Of a DNA stretch of 64,000 nucleotides, positions 41,375-51,044 are shown piece after piece (positions within the stretch are counted from its first letter, which is position 1; the number at the start of each line of letters is the position of its first letter). Made by a program: the position numbers and the translations under genes. The stretch comes from Candidatus Fiminaster equi (GTDB lineage: Bacteria; Bacillota_I; Bacilli_A; RFN20; CAG-826). The notes under the pieces were generated by a model. It was not told where the DNA came from. It ran no database searches and worked only from the letters and a program-made list of their open reading frames with translations. The DNA lies in the NCBI GenBank assembly GCA_018064745.1, contig JAGHUR010000011.1, positions 6,137 through 70,136 on the forward strand, read 5' to 3'.

Positions 41375-42655
41375 ATGATCGATGTAAAATTAATTCTTGA
41401 TGATCCAAAAGGCATTGCTGCAAAGCTTGCTAAAAAAGGTTGTATCGTCGATTTTGATCCATTAATTAAATTGCAAGATAAAAGAAAAGAACTTCTTATC
41501 TCAGTCGAGCAAGCAAAAGCCGAAAGAAATAGACTTTCTGCAAGTGTTCCTCAAGTCAAAAAAGAAGGCGGCGACATCAATGCTATCTTTGCAAAAGTTA
41601 AAGAAATTTCTGCAAAGTCAGCTGCTGATGAAGTTGAACTTGGAAAAGTTGAAGAAGAAATCAAAAATTTCCTTTTGCCACTTCCAAACCTTCCAGATGA
41701 TGACCTTTTAGCTGGTGGAAAAGAAAATAATAAGGTTATTCACGAGTATGGAAAACCAATTAAATTCGATTTTGAGGCTAAAAACCATGTTGACCTTTGT
41801 GAATCTTTAGGTCTTATTGACTATGAAAGAGGCGCAAAAATGTCAGGCCATGGTTGTTGGGTCTACACTGGACTTGGTGCACAACTTGAATGGGCTCTTC
41901 TTAACTTCTTCATTAGCGAGCATCTTAAAGATGGATATACAATGATTCTTCCACCTCACATGCTCAATGAAGAATCTGGATATGTCGCAGGACAATTCCC
42001 AAAATTCAAAGAAGATGTCTTCTGGTTAAGTAATTCAGAACCAAAGAAATTCATTCTTCCAACTGCAGAAACAGCTCTTGTTAATATGCATAGAGACGAA
42101 ATTCTCTCTGAGGATGAACTTCCAAAGAAGTATTTTGCTTATACTCCATGCTATCGTAGAGAAGCAGGCACATATCGTACAGAAGAACGTGGTATGATTC
42201 GTGGATATCAATTTAATAAAATTGAAATGTTCCAGTACACCACCGAAGAAGGCGATATGCCAGCATTTGAAGAACTTGTCAAAAAAGCAATTTCTTTACT
42301 TGATAAACTCGGTCTTACATTCCGTGTATCTAAATTAGCAGCAGAAGATATTTCTGCTTCTATGGCAAGAACATATGATATTGAAATTTATATCCCATCA
42401 ATTGGTATTTATAAAGAAGTTAGCTCAGTTTCAACTGCTCATGATTACCAAGCAAGACGTGGAATGATCAGATATCGTGACAAAGCAACCGGCAAAACCA
42501 AGTATGCTCATACCTTAAATGGTTCAGGACTTGCAACATCACGTGTCTTCCCAGCTCTTGTTGAACAAATGCAACAACCAGACGGAAGTGTTAAGATTCC
42601 AGAAGTCTTAAGACCTTGGATGGGTGGACTTGAATACATCAAGCCAAAGAAATAA
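41375..42655 (+). CDS. serS: Serine--tRNA ligase
   Basis: 426 aa. N-terminal coiled-coil arm and class II aaRS motifs. Confidence 0.93.
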   Translation: MIDVKLILDDPKGIAAKLAKKGCIVDFDPLIKLQDKRKELLISVEQAKAERNRLSASVPQVKKEGGDINAIFAKVKEISAKSAADEVELGKVEEEIKNFLLPLPNLPDDDLLAGGKENNKVIHEYGKPIKFDFEAKNHVDLCESLGLIDYERGAKMSGHGCWVYTGLGAQLEWALLNFFISEHLKDGYTMILPPHMLNEESGYVAGQFPKFKEDVFWLSNSEPKKFILPTAETALVNMHRDEILSEDELPKKYFAYTPCYRREAGTYRTEERGMIRGYQFNKIEMFQYTTEEGDMPAFEELVKKAISLLDKLGLTFRVSKLAAEDISASMARTYDIEIYIPSIGIYKEVSSVSTAHDYQARRGMIRYRDKATGKTKYAHTLNGSGLATSRVFPALVEQMQQPDGSVKIPEVLRPWMGGLEYIKPKK

Positions 42656-42671
42656 CACTTAAACAAAACAA

Positions 42672-42712
42672 AAAGAAGCATTTGAATTTACTTCATTTGC
42701 TTCTTTTTTATT
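42672..42712. terminator. Bidirectional terminator (serS on plus, cysE on minus)
   Basis: gaagcatttgaa-tttac-ttcatttgcttc hairpin with A- and T-tracts on either side. Confidence 0.7.
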
Positions 42713-43400
42713 TCTTTGAAATAACTAATGCTGGTTTACCAAATGTTACTTTGACATTATCTGGTATAGATTCTGTTATAAATACGTTTGAACCGATTGT
42801 TACATTATCACCAACAGTAATGTCTCCCAGAATACTTGCTCCCGCGTATATAATTACATTTTCGCCAAGTGTAGGATGTCTTTTAGTTCCCTTTAAAGAC
42901 GCTCCATTTTTTAAAGATAACGCACCAAGCGTAACTCCTTGATAAATCTTTAAATTTTTCTTTGAAATAGTAGTTTCACCGATGACGATACCAGTTCCGT
43001 GGTCAATAAATAATGGAGATGCAAGATTTGCACCTGGATGAATATCAATTCCGGTTTGTGAGTGAGCGGATTCAGACATCATACGAGCTTGAAGTTTATA
43101 ATTCATTGAATAAAGAATGTGAGCAATTCTATAAGTCATAATTGCTTTGTAACCAGGGTAGGCTAAAACGATTTCTTCCTTGCTATCAACGGCTGGATCG
43201 CTCTCCATAAAGAATTCTAGATCGTGTGAAAGCATATTTTTCACAATTTTTAATGAATTTAAATACTCTTTTGCCTTTGATTTATTTTTGTCTATTACTT
43301 GAAGGAATAAATTCTCAATTACATCTAAGTTTTCTTTATTAAAAACAACATAACTTTTTGTTACTTCAAGTAGCCTTAATAATTTCTTTGAACTTACCAT
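42708..43400 (-). CDS. cysE: Serine O-acetyltransferase
   Basis: Left-handed beta-helix hexapeptide repeats plus SAT N-terminal domain. Confidence 0.85.
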   Translation of the reverse strand: MVSSKKLLRLLEVTKSYVVFNKENLDVIENLFLQVIDKNKSKAKEYLNSLKIVKNMLSHDLEFFMESDPAVDSKEEIVLAYPGYKAIMTYRIAHILYSMNYKLQARMMSESAHSQTGIDIHPGANLASPLFIDHGTGIVIGETTISKKNLKIYQGVTLGALSLKNGASLKGTKRHPTLGENVIIYAGASILGDITVGDNVTIGSNVFITESIPDNVKVTFGKPALVISKK

Positions 43401-44269
43401 TTATATCTGTCTCCTTTATCAGGGAAAATTAGCACAATATTTTTACCTGAAATCTTATTTTCTTTAATATATTTTATGCATGCTTCTAGGGCTGCTCCAG
43501 AAGAGAGCCCAATATCAATTTGCTCGAGATTTCGTATGGATTTTGCGCGTATTTCCGCATTTTTTCCTTTTACATCAACAATCTCATCAACAACATTTTT
43601 ATCAAAAAGTGGTGGTAGAAAATTTGCACCTATTCCTTGTATTGAATGAGGACCAGAAATGCCCTTAGTTAGAAGCGGTGATTCTTCTGGTTCAACACCG
43701 ATAATTTTACAGTTAGATTTTTCTTTTAAATACTTACCAGTTCCAGTTATTGTTCCGCCGGTTCCGATTCCTGCAAACAAATAATCAATTTTTGGCATTT
43801 CTTCTATTATTTCTGGACCAGTAGTTTTGTAGTGACCTAAAACATTACTTTTATTGTTGAATTGGTCAAACAAAATTGAATTTTTAGTCTTTTTCACCAA
43901 TTCAATTGCGTAATCTTCACTTTCTTGCATTCCACCTTTAGTCAAAACAAGCTCAGCGCCATAATTAGAAATCATTTCTTTTCTTTCTTTGGACATGCTT
44001 TCCGGCATAACAATTACAAGTTTGTAGTCAAATTCATTTTTATAATAGCCAAGTGAAATTCCAGTATTTCCACTGGTTGCTTCAATAACGGTGGTATTTG
44101 AATTTAACCTGCCCTCTTTTTGGTAATCAATAAGCATTTGGTATACTGCTCTATCTTTGATAGAGCCTGAAGGATTTGAGTTTTCTAATTTTGCATAAAC
44201 AAAATTGTTGAGATTATATTTTTCCTCAATTCTTGTTAAACGAATCAGTTTTGTATTTCCTGGTTTCAT
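43394..44269 (-). CDS. cysK: Cysteine synthase A (O-acetylserine sulfhydrylase)
   Basis: PLP-lysine motif NPSGSIKDRA. Overlaps the cysE start. 291 aa. Confidence 0.9.
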   Translation of the reverse strand: MKPGNTKLIRLTRIEEKYNLNNFVYAKLENSNPSGSIKDRAVYQMLIDYQKEGRLNSNTTVIEATSGNTGISLGYYKNEFDYKLVIVMPESMSKERKEMISNYGAELVLTKGGMQESEDYAIELVKKTKNSILFDQFNNKSNVLGHYKTTGPEIIEEMPKIDYLFAGIGTGGTITGTGKYLKEKSNCKIIGVEPEESPLLTKGISGPHSIQGIGANFLPPLFDKNVVDEIVDVKGKNAEIRAKSIRNLEQIDIGLSSGAALEACIKYIKENKISGKNIVLIFPDKGDRYKW

Positions 44270-44354
44270 ATCTTAATTTAGCATTATTATACTGATTTCT
44301 TAATAAAAGAAAAAATGTAATGATAAGAATTTTTGTATTTGCTATAATGTTTTA

Positions 44355-44436
44355 GCCATCGCAATGGTCTACTACGAACCAGGTCAGGGCAGGAATGCAG
44401 CAGCCTTAAGAAGATCAGATTATGTGCGATGGTTTT
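44355..44436 (+). ncRNA. ffs: Small signal recognition particle RNA (4.5S/scRNA type, helix 8 only)
   Basis: ACCAGGTCAGGGCA-GGAA-TGCAGCAGCC matches the conserved SRP RNA domain IV: GGUCAGG and GCAGC strands with a GGAA tetraloop closed by GCA/UGC. Closed by an 8-bp terminal stem CCATCGCA/TGCGATGG. TATAAT 7 nt upstream. Trailing TTTT. tadA-ffs neighbourhood as in Bacillus. Confidence 0.72.
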
Positions 44437-44441
44437 AAAAT

Positions 44442-44897
44442 ATGAAATCCATTGATGAAAAATTCATGTTACTTGCAATTAAAGAAGCAGAGAAATCTGC
44501 GTCTTTAGACGAAGTTCCAGTGGGTGCAATTATTGTAAAGGATAACAAAGTTATCGCTCGTGGTCATAACCTTAGAGAAAAGAGTAATGATCCAACAAGT
44601 CATGCTGAAATAAATGCAATTAGAAAAGCTTGCAAAAAGCTTGGCAGTTGGAGACTAGAAGATTGCACAATGTATGTCACTATTGAACCTTGTTCAATGT
44701 GTGCCGGAACTTTACTTTGGACAAGAATTAAAAGAATTGTCTATGGTGCATGCGATTTAAAAGGCGGTGCCTTGGGAAGTTCCTTTTCATTATTTGAAGT
44801 TAAGAATATAAATCATCATCCAGAGATAGTTGGAGGCATTCTTCAAGAAGAATGTGGAAAGATGATGAGCGACTTTTTCAAAGAAAAGCGTAAATAA
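44442..44897 (+). CDS. tadA: tRNA-specific adenosine-34 deaminase
   Basis: HAEINAIR ... PCSMCAG zinc-binding deaminase motifs. 151 aa. Confidence 0.92.
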   Translation: MKSIDEKFMLLAIKEAEKSASLDEVPVGAIIVKDNKVIARGHNLREKSNDPTSHAEINAIRKACKKLGSWRLEDCTMYVTIEPCSMCAGTLLWTRIKRIVYGACDLKGGALGSSFSLFEVKNINHHPEIVGGILQEECGKMMSDFFKEKRK

Positions 44898-44963
44898 CAA
44901 TTGTACAGTGTATAATTTTTGTTATACTTATCTCACAAAGTTAAAACTTTAGAGCTGTTGTAT

Positions 44964-47438
44964 ATGTTTAAACACGTTCGCATTAAAAATAACAATATCG
45001 ATAGAGAAGACTTTCCACTTGATCTAGAAAACGGTTTAACAAGCACTCAAGTTTTAGAAAGACAACAAAATAATTTAATTAATAAAACCGGAAAACACGT
45101 TTCAAAATCTTATTTTAAGATTATTTACGAAAATGTAGTTAATTTCTGGAATCTTTTACTTTTTGCAATAGCTGCATTAATGATTATTGCCAAAATTAGC
45201 ATAACTTCATATGCATTCTTGGTAATTTTACTCGCAAATATTGCAATTGGCTTATATCAAGACATTCGTGCTAGAAAACTTCTTGATAAACTTAAAGTCG
45301 TATCTGCTCCAAAAGTTAGTGTACTAAGAGACGGAAAATTAGTATCAATTACTGCTGATCAAATCGTTTTATCAGATCTTGTTGAATTAAGACAGGGTAG
45401 CCAAATAGTATGTGATGGGTCGATTGTTAAGGGCTTTATTGAAGTAAACGAATCTTTATTAACAGGTGAGCCAGTAAATATTTTAAAGAATGTTGGTGAT
45501 TCAGTTTATTCTGGATCTTTTGCTACATCTGGTTGTGCATATTATCGTGTTGAGCAATTAGGCAAAGCTAACTATGCCGAAAAGCTTCAATCTAAAGCAA
45601 AAAAATTCAAAAAAGCTAAATCTGAAATCCTTATGTCTATCAAAGGTATATTTAAAGTTATTGGCTTCTTTGTCATTTTACTTGCTGTTGGATTAGGCCT
45701 TGTTTATGAAGGCAAATTACAATGGCCTGGATTTGAGAATATGAAAGATTCAGTTTTCCAATCCACAGTTGGTAGTATTTCGGGCTCTTTGGTCGCAATG
45801 ATCCCTATCGGTATGTATCTTCTTACCTCTATTACACTAGCAGTCGGTGCTATTCGTTTAGCAAAACAAAACACACTTACACAAGACATGTACTGTATTG
45901 AAATGCTAGCTAGAGCCGATATTTTATGCTTGGATAAAACAGGTACTTTAACTGATGGAAACTTGAACGTTCGTGAAATTATTCCTACTGGCGGAATATC
46001 GGAAAGAGACCTCGCAAAAATTGTTTATACCTTAGTCATGCAAACAGGTGATAAAAACGCAACGGCTAGGGCCATTATCGATAAATTCAGTAATTTAAAT
46101 CAATTTGATGCATACTCTGCAATACCATTTTCATCCGATAGAAAATTCTCTGCAGTTATGCTTGAGGATGGCCGTTCAATCGTAATGGGTGCACGTGAAT
46201 TCATTCCACACAACTGTCCAGAAGTGGATGAGAAGTGCAAATTATATGAAGCAGACGGATTGCGTGTTTTGTTAATAGTTCAACAAAGACACGTTGTTAA
46301 TATTAATGAACCATTAGAGGAGGGCGAGGTTTTAGGAATCCTTGTTCTTGAAGACCACATTAGAGATGATGCATATGATAATATCGAATGGTTCAAAAAC
46401 AATGATGTTGGTATCAGAATCATTACCGGAGATAACCCAGCATCAGCAGGCGAAGTTGCAAGAAGAGCTGGTATAGAGGGGTATGAAAAACAAATTTCTC
46501 TTGAAGGTATGCCACTTGAAGAAGTTAGACACATCGCAAGAGATTATGTGATTTTTGGACGTGTGTCTCCGGAACAAAAAGAAGTCATTATTGAAGCATT
46601 ACAAGATGATGGACACACAGTAGCTATGACCGGGGACGGTGTTAATGATATCCTTGCATTAAGGGTTGCAGACTGTTCTATTGCAATGGCTTCTGGTTCT
46701 GATGCTGCAAAGACTGTTTCTCACTTAGTTTCATTAGATTCAAATTTCTCATCATTGCCATCAGTTGTTAAAGAGGGTAGACGCGTTATTAATAACTTAC
46801 AACGTGCTATCTCTGTATTCTTGGTTAAGACTGTTTTCGCTATTGTATTAACTGGCGTGTTCTTAATTTGGGGTTTATCAGATAACAACATTACTTATCC
46901 ATTCGTTACAAATAACATGTACTTATGGGAAATTTTATTTATTGGTATTGGATCATTGTTCTTGTCACTGCAACCGAACGACGAAAGAATACAGTCCAAG
47001 TTCTTGCTTAACATCTTATTTAAAATTACCCCTGCATCGCTCATTCAGATATTTATTGTTCTTTTCTATTTCTTAGTAGGAAAACTCGCACTGGGTTGGG
47101 ATGTAGAGCTTGCCAAGACTCTTGCTGTCATATCATTCTCAGTATTTAGTTTTGTTATTTTAATTCGTGTTTGTATGCCATTTGATATTTACCGTATCTT
47201 TTTAACTGTGGGGCTCGGTTTCGTCGGTTTAATGGCTATACTGGCTGACTATTTCGCATTTAAAGAGAAATCAATCTTTGGTCTTTCGTATTCATTATTA
47301 AACGGAAGATATGTTGCAATATTATTTGTTGTTTTAGTTGTTTCAATTGCCGCATACGTCGGACTTGAAATTTTATTTGATCGTTTACATCAATTTATGG
47401 ATAGAAGAAAAGAGGAACAAAAATATGATCATTTCTAA
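44964..47438 (+). CDS. Cation-transporting P-type ATPase (likely Ca2+/Mg2+ type)
   Basis: DKTGTLT phosphorylation motif. TGDN. GDGVNDILAL. About 8-10 TM segments. The start is uncertain (ATG at 44964, or TTG at 44919 as in the ORF track). Confidence 0.85.
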   Translation: MFKHVRIKNNNIDREDFPLDLENGLTSTQVLERQQNNLINKTGKHVSKSYFKIIYENVVNFWNLLLFAIAALMIIAKISITSYAFLVILLANIAIGLYQDIRARKLLDKLKVVSAPKVSVLRDGKLVSITADQIVLSDLVELRQGSQIVCDGSIVKGFIEVNESLLTGEPVNILKNVGDSVYSGSFATSGCAYYRVEQLGKANYAEKLQSKAKKFKKAKSEILMSIKGIFKVIGFFVILLAVGLGLVYEGKLQWPGFENMKDSVFQSTVGSISGSLVAMIPIGMYLLTSITLAVGAIRLAKQNTLTQDMYCIEMLARADILCLDKTGTLTDGNLNVREIIPTGGISERDLAKIVYTLVMQTGDKNATARAIIDKFSNLNQFDAYSAIPFSSDRKFSAVMLEDGRSIVMGAREFIPHNCPEVDEKCKLYEADGLRVLLIVQQRHVVNINEPLEEGEVLGILVLEDHIRDDAYDNIEWFKNNDVGIRIITGDNPASAGEVARRAGIEGYEKQISLEGMPLEEVRHIARDYVIFGRVSPEQKEVIIEALQDDGHTVAMTGDGVNDILALRVADCSIAMASGSDAAKTVSHLVSLDSNFSSLPSVVKEGRRVINNLQRAISVFLVKTVFAIVLTGVFLIWGLSDNNITYPFVTNNMYLWEILFIGIGSLFLSLQPNDERIQSKFLLNILFKITPASLIQIFIVLFYFLVGKLALGWDVELAKTLAVISFSVFSFVILIRVCMPFDIYRIFLTVGLGFVGLMAILADYFAFKEKSIFGLSYSLLNGRYVAILFVVLVVSIAAYVGLEILFDRLHQFMDRRKEEQKYDHF

Positions 47439-48324
47439 GGAAGTACAAGAAGCTATTAAAAACCACAAACCTGTGGTAGCTCTAGAATCGACAATCATAT
47501 CACACGGTATGCCTTATCCTAAGAATGTTAAGACCGCATTAGAGGTTGAAGCAGTTATTAGAGAACATGGTGTTATACCTGCAACGATTGGCATCATTGA
47601 TGGTGAACCAGTCGTTGGTATGAGCCCAGAACAAATTGAAGAGTTTGGCAAAAGAGAAGGCATTACAAAAGTTTCTAGAAGAGACCTTCCGGTTGTTTTT
47701 GCAAAGAAACAATGGGGTGCCACAACAGTAGCTGCTACGATGATTATTGCAGCCCGTGCAGGTATTGAAATATTCGTAACGGGTGGGGTCGGAGGCGCTC
47801 ATAGAGGCGCTCAAGAGAACTTCGATATCTCTGCTGATCTTGAAGAATTAGGTAAAACAAATGTTACAGTTGTATCAGCTGGTGTTAAAGCAATTCTTGA
47901 TTTGCCACTTACTCTTGAAATCTTAGAAACAAAGGGCGTTCCTGTTTTAACTTATGGTACAGACGAATTCCCAGAGTTCTACACAAGAAGTTCTGGCATT
48001 AAAGTTGAGACTGTTGTCAATTCACCTCTTGAAGTTGCAAGTATCATTAAATGCAAACGTGATAACCAATTTGATGGTGGTGTGTTAGTTGCTAATCCAA
48101 TTCCAGAACAATACGCAATGGATAGAAAAGCAGTAGACTTTGCTATCAATAAAGCACTTAAGAGAGCTAAGAAAGATGGCATCACGGGTAAAAACATTAC
48201 CCCATATCTATTAAAAACAATTGTTGAGATTACAGGTGGTTTATCACTTGAAGCAAATATTCATCTTGTTAAAAATAATGCTGCGTTAGGAGCAGAGATT
48301 GCGAAAGAACTTTGTAACTTATGA
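47425..48324 (+). CDS. psuG: Pseudouridine-5'-phosphate glycosidase
   Basis: PVVALESTIISHGMPYPKN IndA/PsuG signature. Start at MIISKEV with AGAGGAA RBS. Overlaps the ATPase end by 14 nt. Confidence 0.82.
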   Translation: MIISKEVQEAIKNHKPVVALESTIISHGMPYPKNVKTALEVEAVIREHGVIPATIGIIDGEPVVGMSPEQIEEFGKREGITKVSRRDLPVVFAKKQWGATTVAATMIIAARAGIEIFVTGGVGGAHRGAQENFDISADLEELGKTNVTVVSAGVKAILDLPLTLEILETKGVPVLTYGTDEFPEFYTRSSGIKVETVVNSPLEVASIIKCKRDNQFDGGVLVANPIPEQYAMDRKAVDFAINKALKRAKKDGITGKNITPYLLKTIVEITGGLSLEANIHLVKNNAALGAEIAKELCNL

Positions 48325-48842
48325 AAATTGAGCAAGTATTCCAAGAAGGATTAAAGACTCTACTTAAAGAAAAACCTCTTGAAGATATTAATGTTATAGC
48401 ACTTTGTGAGCTCGTTCATTCGAACCGTCAGACGTTCTATTACCACTTTAGAGATATTTCGGATGTAGTAGATGCAACCTTTCTAAAAGCCAAAGTTGGC
48501 TATGGAAAGAAGTTTTTGGATTACGAATCAATTATTAAAGAAATGATTAGTTACATCACATCCAATATTCAGTATATCAATGCAATTAATAAATCATATG
48601 CATCTGATAAACTCTATTCATTTATGTTCTCGTATTTCTATACAAAGGTAGGCACGTTATTAAAGAATCACAATGTTGCTGGAGTTGAAATTACGCGATA
48701 CATATCGGTACTAAGTGCCAATGAGATTGAATTTTGGATCTCAAATAAAAGAAAAGAAAAAGCTGCATCGCTTATTAAAAGATTAACTACTATTTGGTTC
48801 TACTTAGTTAATCAATACCAATCTGATTTAAGCAGAAGATAG
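48321..48842 (+). CDS. TetR-like transcriptional regulator (HTH N-terminus)
   Basis: INVIALCELVHSNRQTFYYHFRD HTH. 173 aa. Overlaps the psuG stop. Confidence 0.6.
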   Translation: MKIEQVFQEGLKTLLKEKPLEDINVIALCELVHSNRQTFYYHFRDISDVVDATFLKAKVGYGKKFLDYESIIKEMISYITSNIQYINAINKSYASDKLYSFMFSYFYTKVGTLLKNHNVAGVEITRYISVLSANEIEFWISNKRKEKAASLIKRLTTIWFYLVNQYQSDLSRR

Positions 48843-48850
48843 GAGTCGTT

Positions 48851-49987
48851 ATGAGAAAAGAAGAAGTTGCTAGTTTAATTGTTTATTTATTAATGATAGC
48901 CCTAGCCGTTATCGTTGGTTTATCAGTTGTCACAAATACAATGAGTGTTTGTAGACCAGATACAATAAATCCATTCTTATTTGTTATCATTGTTATCATT
49001 GTGGGTTTATTATTTAACATCATCATGCTTGAAGTCTTACATGCTATTGGCGGTAAACTTGGTGGATATAAGATTGCATCAATTAACATTCTTGGCTTCT
49101 GTTTTGAGAAAAGAGAAGGCAAGTGGAAATTCAAATTTAAAGACTTTGATGGACTAACGGGTGAAACTAAACTCGCTCCAAAGAAAGAAAAATTAAGTAT
49201 GAAACCATTTGTGTGGTTACCATTATTTGGTTATGCTGCAGAACTTGCTGGATGTATTGTTTTGCACTCACACATGATGAGTGATTCCGCAAGTAATGTG
49301 CGTTGGTTAGGTGTGTGCGCAATCTTATTTATTGTTTTATCATCAATGCTTGCTTTATATAATTTAGTTCCTATTAAATTAGACACAATGACTGATGGTT
49401 ATAAATTAGTTTTGATTTCTAAACCTGCAAATATTGAAGCATATAACGAAATGCTTAGAGCAGAAGATTTAGAAAGAAACGGACAACCAGTTCCAGAAAT
49501 GAAAATCTTTGAAGAGATTACAGAATTCACAGCAAGTATTAACTTATTTAGCGTATATCGACATTTAGAAAATAATGAATTAGATGAAGCAAAAAAAATC
49601 CTTGATATAACGCTCAAAGACCCTAAAAAACTCGAACCGTCTACATACTACCGTCTAATTTCTCAAAAACTTTACATCGTTATTTTGACCAAAGATAATG
49701 AAGATGCTAAAAAGGTATACGACGAGATTGCGGATGATAAAATTAGAAGATTTATTGCTAATGATGCATCTATGGAATCGATACGTGCATATCTATTAAT
49801 CTCGGGCATTCTAGAAAAGTCTCAAGCCGAAGTAAAATATGCAATAAATCGTAAAGGGAAGGCACTAAAACGCACAAACAAGCAAAAAGCAATGATTGAA
49901 GAGAAGCTTTATGATATTGCTCTTAATAAAGTGTATGAAGCCCATCCTAAATGGAAAGAAGAGGAAAAAGAAAACATCGCCGCATAA
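48851..49987 (+). CDS. Polytopic membrane protein with site-2-protease-like NxxPxxxxDG motif but no HExxH, plus C-terminal helical (TPR-like) cytoplasmic domain
   Basis: 378 aa. TM helices. YNLVPIKLDTMTDGYKL resembles the S2P LDGG motif. The expected HExxH position reads LEVLH. Soluble C-terminal half. Confidence 0.4.
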   Translation: MRKEEVASLIVYLLMIALAVIVGLSVVTNTMSVCRPDTINPFLFVIIVIIVGLLFNIIMLEVLHAIGGKLGGYKIASINILGFCFEKREGKWKFKFKDFDGLTGETKLAPKKEKLSMKPFVWLPLFGYAAELAGCIVLHSHMMSDSASNVRWLGVCAILFIVLSSMLALYNLVPIKLDTMTDGYKLVLISKPANIEAYNEMLRAEDLERNGQPVPEMKIFEEITEFTASINLFSVYRHLENNELDEAKKILDITLKDPKKLEPSTYYRLISQKLYIVILTKDNEDAKKVYDEIADDKIRRFIANDASMESIRAYLLISGILEKSQAEVKYAINRKGKALKRTNKQKAMIEEKLYDIALNKVYEAHPKWKEEEKENIAA

Positions 49988-50014
49988 CGACGATGTTTTT
50001 TTGTTAAATAATAT

Positions 50015-50344
50015 TTAGTCTTTTTCTTCGTAACGAGAATTGTCTTCTCTTGGAAAATCCTCAAGAACTTCTGATTCAACTGCTTTGTTCTTTTTATGAA
50101 CTGCGCATAAATGTTCTCCCTCTTTCATATTTTCTTTAGAAAGAGATGAACTTTTCGACATAAAATCGTTAGCGTCTAGTTCCAATTCGCAACAAAGGAA
50201 GAATAAGTGTTTTGATTCAGGTTCAATAGAACCATCTTTCCATTTTTTGAATAATCCGTATTTTATACGGAAGCGCGAACAAAAAGCACGATCGTTGAGA
50301 TTGTATGATTTTTGAAGAAATAATACTTTCTCAATTGGTTTCAT
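50015..50344 (-). CDS. XRE-like HTH protein co-transcribed downstream of mscL
   Basis: 109 aa. ...YGLFKKWKDGSIEPESKHLFFLCCELELDANDF resembles an XRE HTH. Its ATG overlaps the mscL stop. Confidence 0.45.
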   Translation of the reverse strand: MKPIEKVLFLQKSYNLNDRAFCSRFRIKYGLFKKWKDGSIEPESKHLFFLCCELELDANDFMSKSSSLSKENMKEGEHLCAVHKKNKAVESEVLEDFPREDNSRYEEKD

Positions 50345-50958
50345 TATTTAGCTTTCTTTTCTTTTAAAAGATCACGAATTTCAGTAAGAAGTTCTGCTTC
50401 AGTTGGTGCTGGTGCAGCTGGTGCTTCGACTACTGGTCTATCTTCTGGGTGTTTCTTGTAGTGTTCTTCAAGTGCTCTAGCTTTTGCTACTTCTCTTGCA
50501 TTCTTTAATGTTGCAACAGTTTTAATAATAACGAAGAGAACAAGTGCAATGATAATGAAGGAAATTACTGCATTGATAATTGAACCCCAGTCAATAATTG
50601 CGCATCCTTTGTAGTAGTAGCTACCACCATGTTGGACATACATACCGGCTTGGGTTGGTGTCCAGCCTTCACTTGCTTCCAAGAATTCTGCAACTTTATA
50701 GGAAACTTTATATCCCTCAGGTGGGATTTGCCCTTCGGACACTGCTGGAAGAACTGTAACTAATCCAGCTAAGCCTCCTGGTACTGGCCACATACAGATG
50801 CTTAATAAGACATTGACGACTGCTGTAACAATAGCACCGAAAGCGCCACCAACGACAACGCCGACTGCCATATCAAGGACATTACCACGTGAAATAAATG
50901 CTTTGAATTCAGCCCAAACGCCTTTGCCTTTGGCTCTTAATTTCTTTTCTTTTGCCAT
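50344..50958 (-). CDS. mscL: Large-conductance mechanosensitive channel MscL (extended loop and C-terminus)
   Basis: MAKEKKLRAKGKGVWAEFKAFISRGNVLDMAVGVVVGGAFG MscL N-terminus/TM1. 204 aa versus about 130-150 typical. Confidence 0.85.
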   Translation of the reverse strand: MAKEKKLRAKGKGVWAEFKAFISRGNVLDMAVGVVVGGAFGAIVTAVVNVLLSICMWPVPGGLAGLVTVLPAVSEGQIPPEGYKVSYKVAEFLEASEGWTPTQAGMYVQHGGSYYYKGCAIIDWGSIINAVISFIIIALVLFVIIKTVATLKNAREVAKARALEEHYKKHPEDRPVVEAPAAPAPTEAELLTEIRDLLKEKKAK

Positions 50959-51044
50959 TTAAATAGCCTCCAATTAAAATTGATTATAAATCAGTTTTAT
51001 TTCCTTTTCTACTAATTTTGATATAATAGAGCACAGGTTTATTT

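Noticed and set aside
48851-49987. Calling the 378-aa membrane protein an active site-2 protease
   Set aside because: The S2P-like LDG-type motif is present, but the HExxH zinc-binding motif is absent (LEVLH). Only an S2P-like or pseudo-protease description is supportable.
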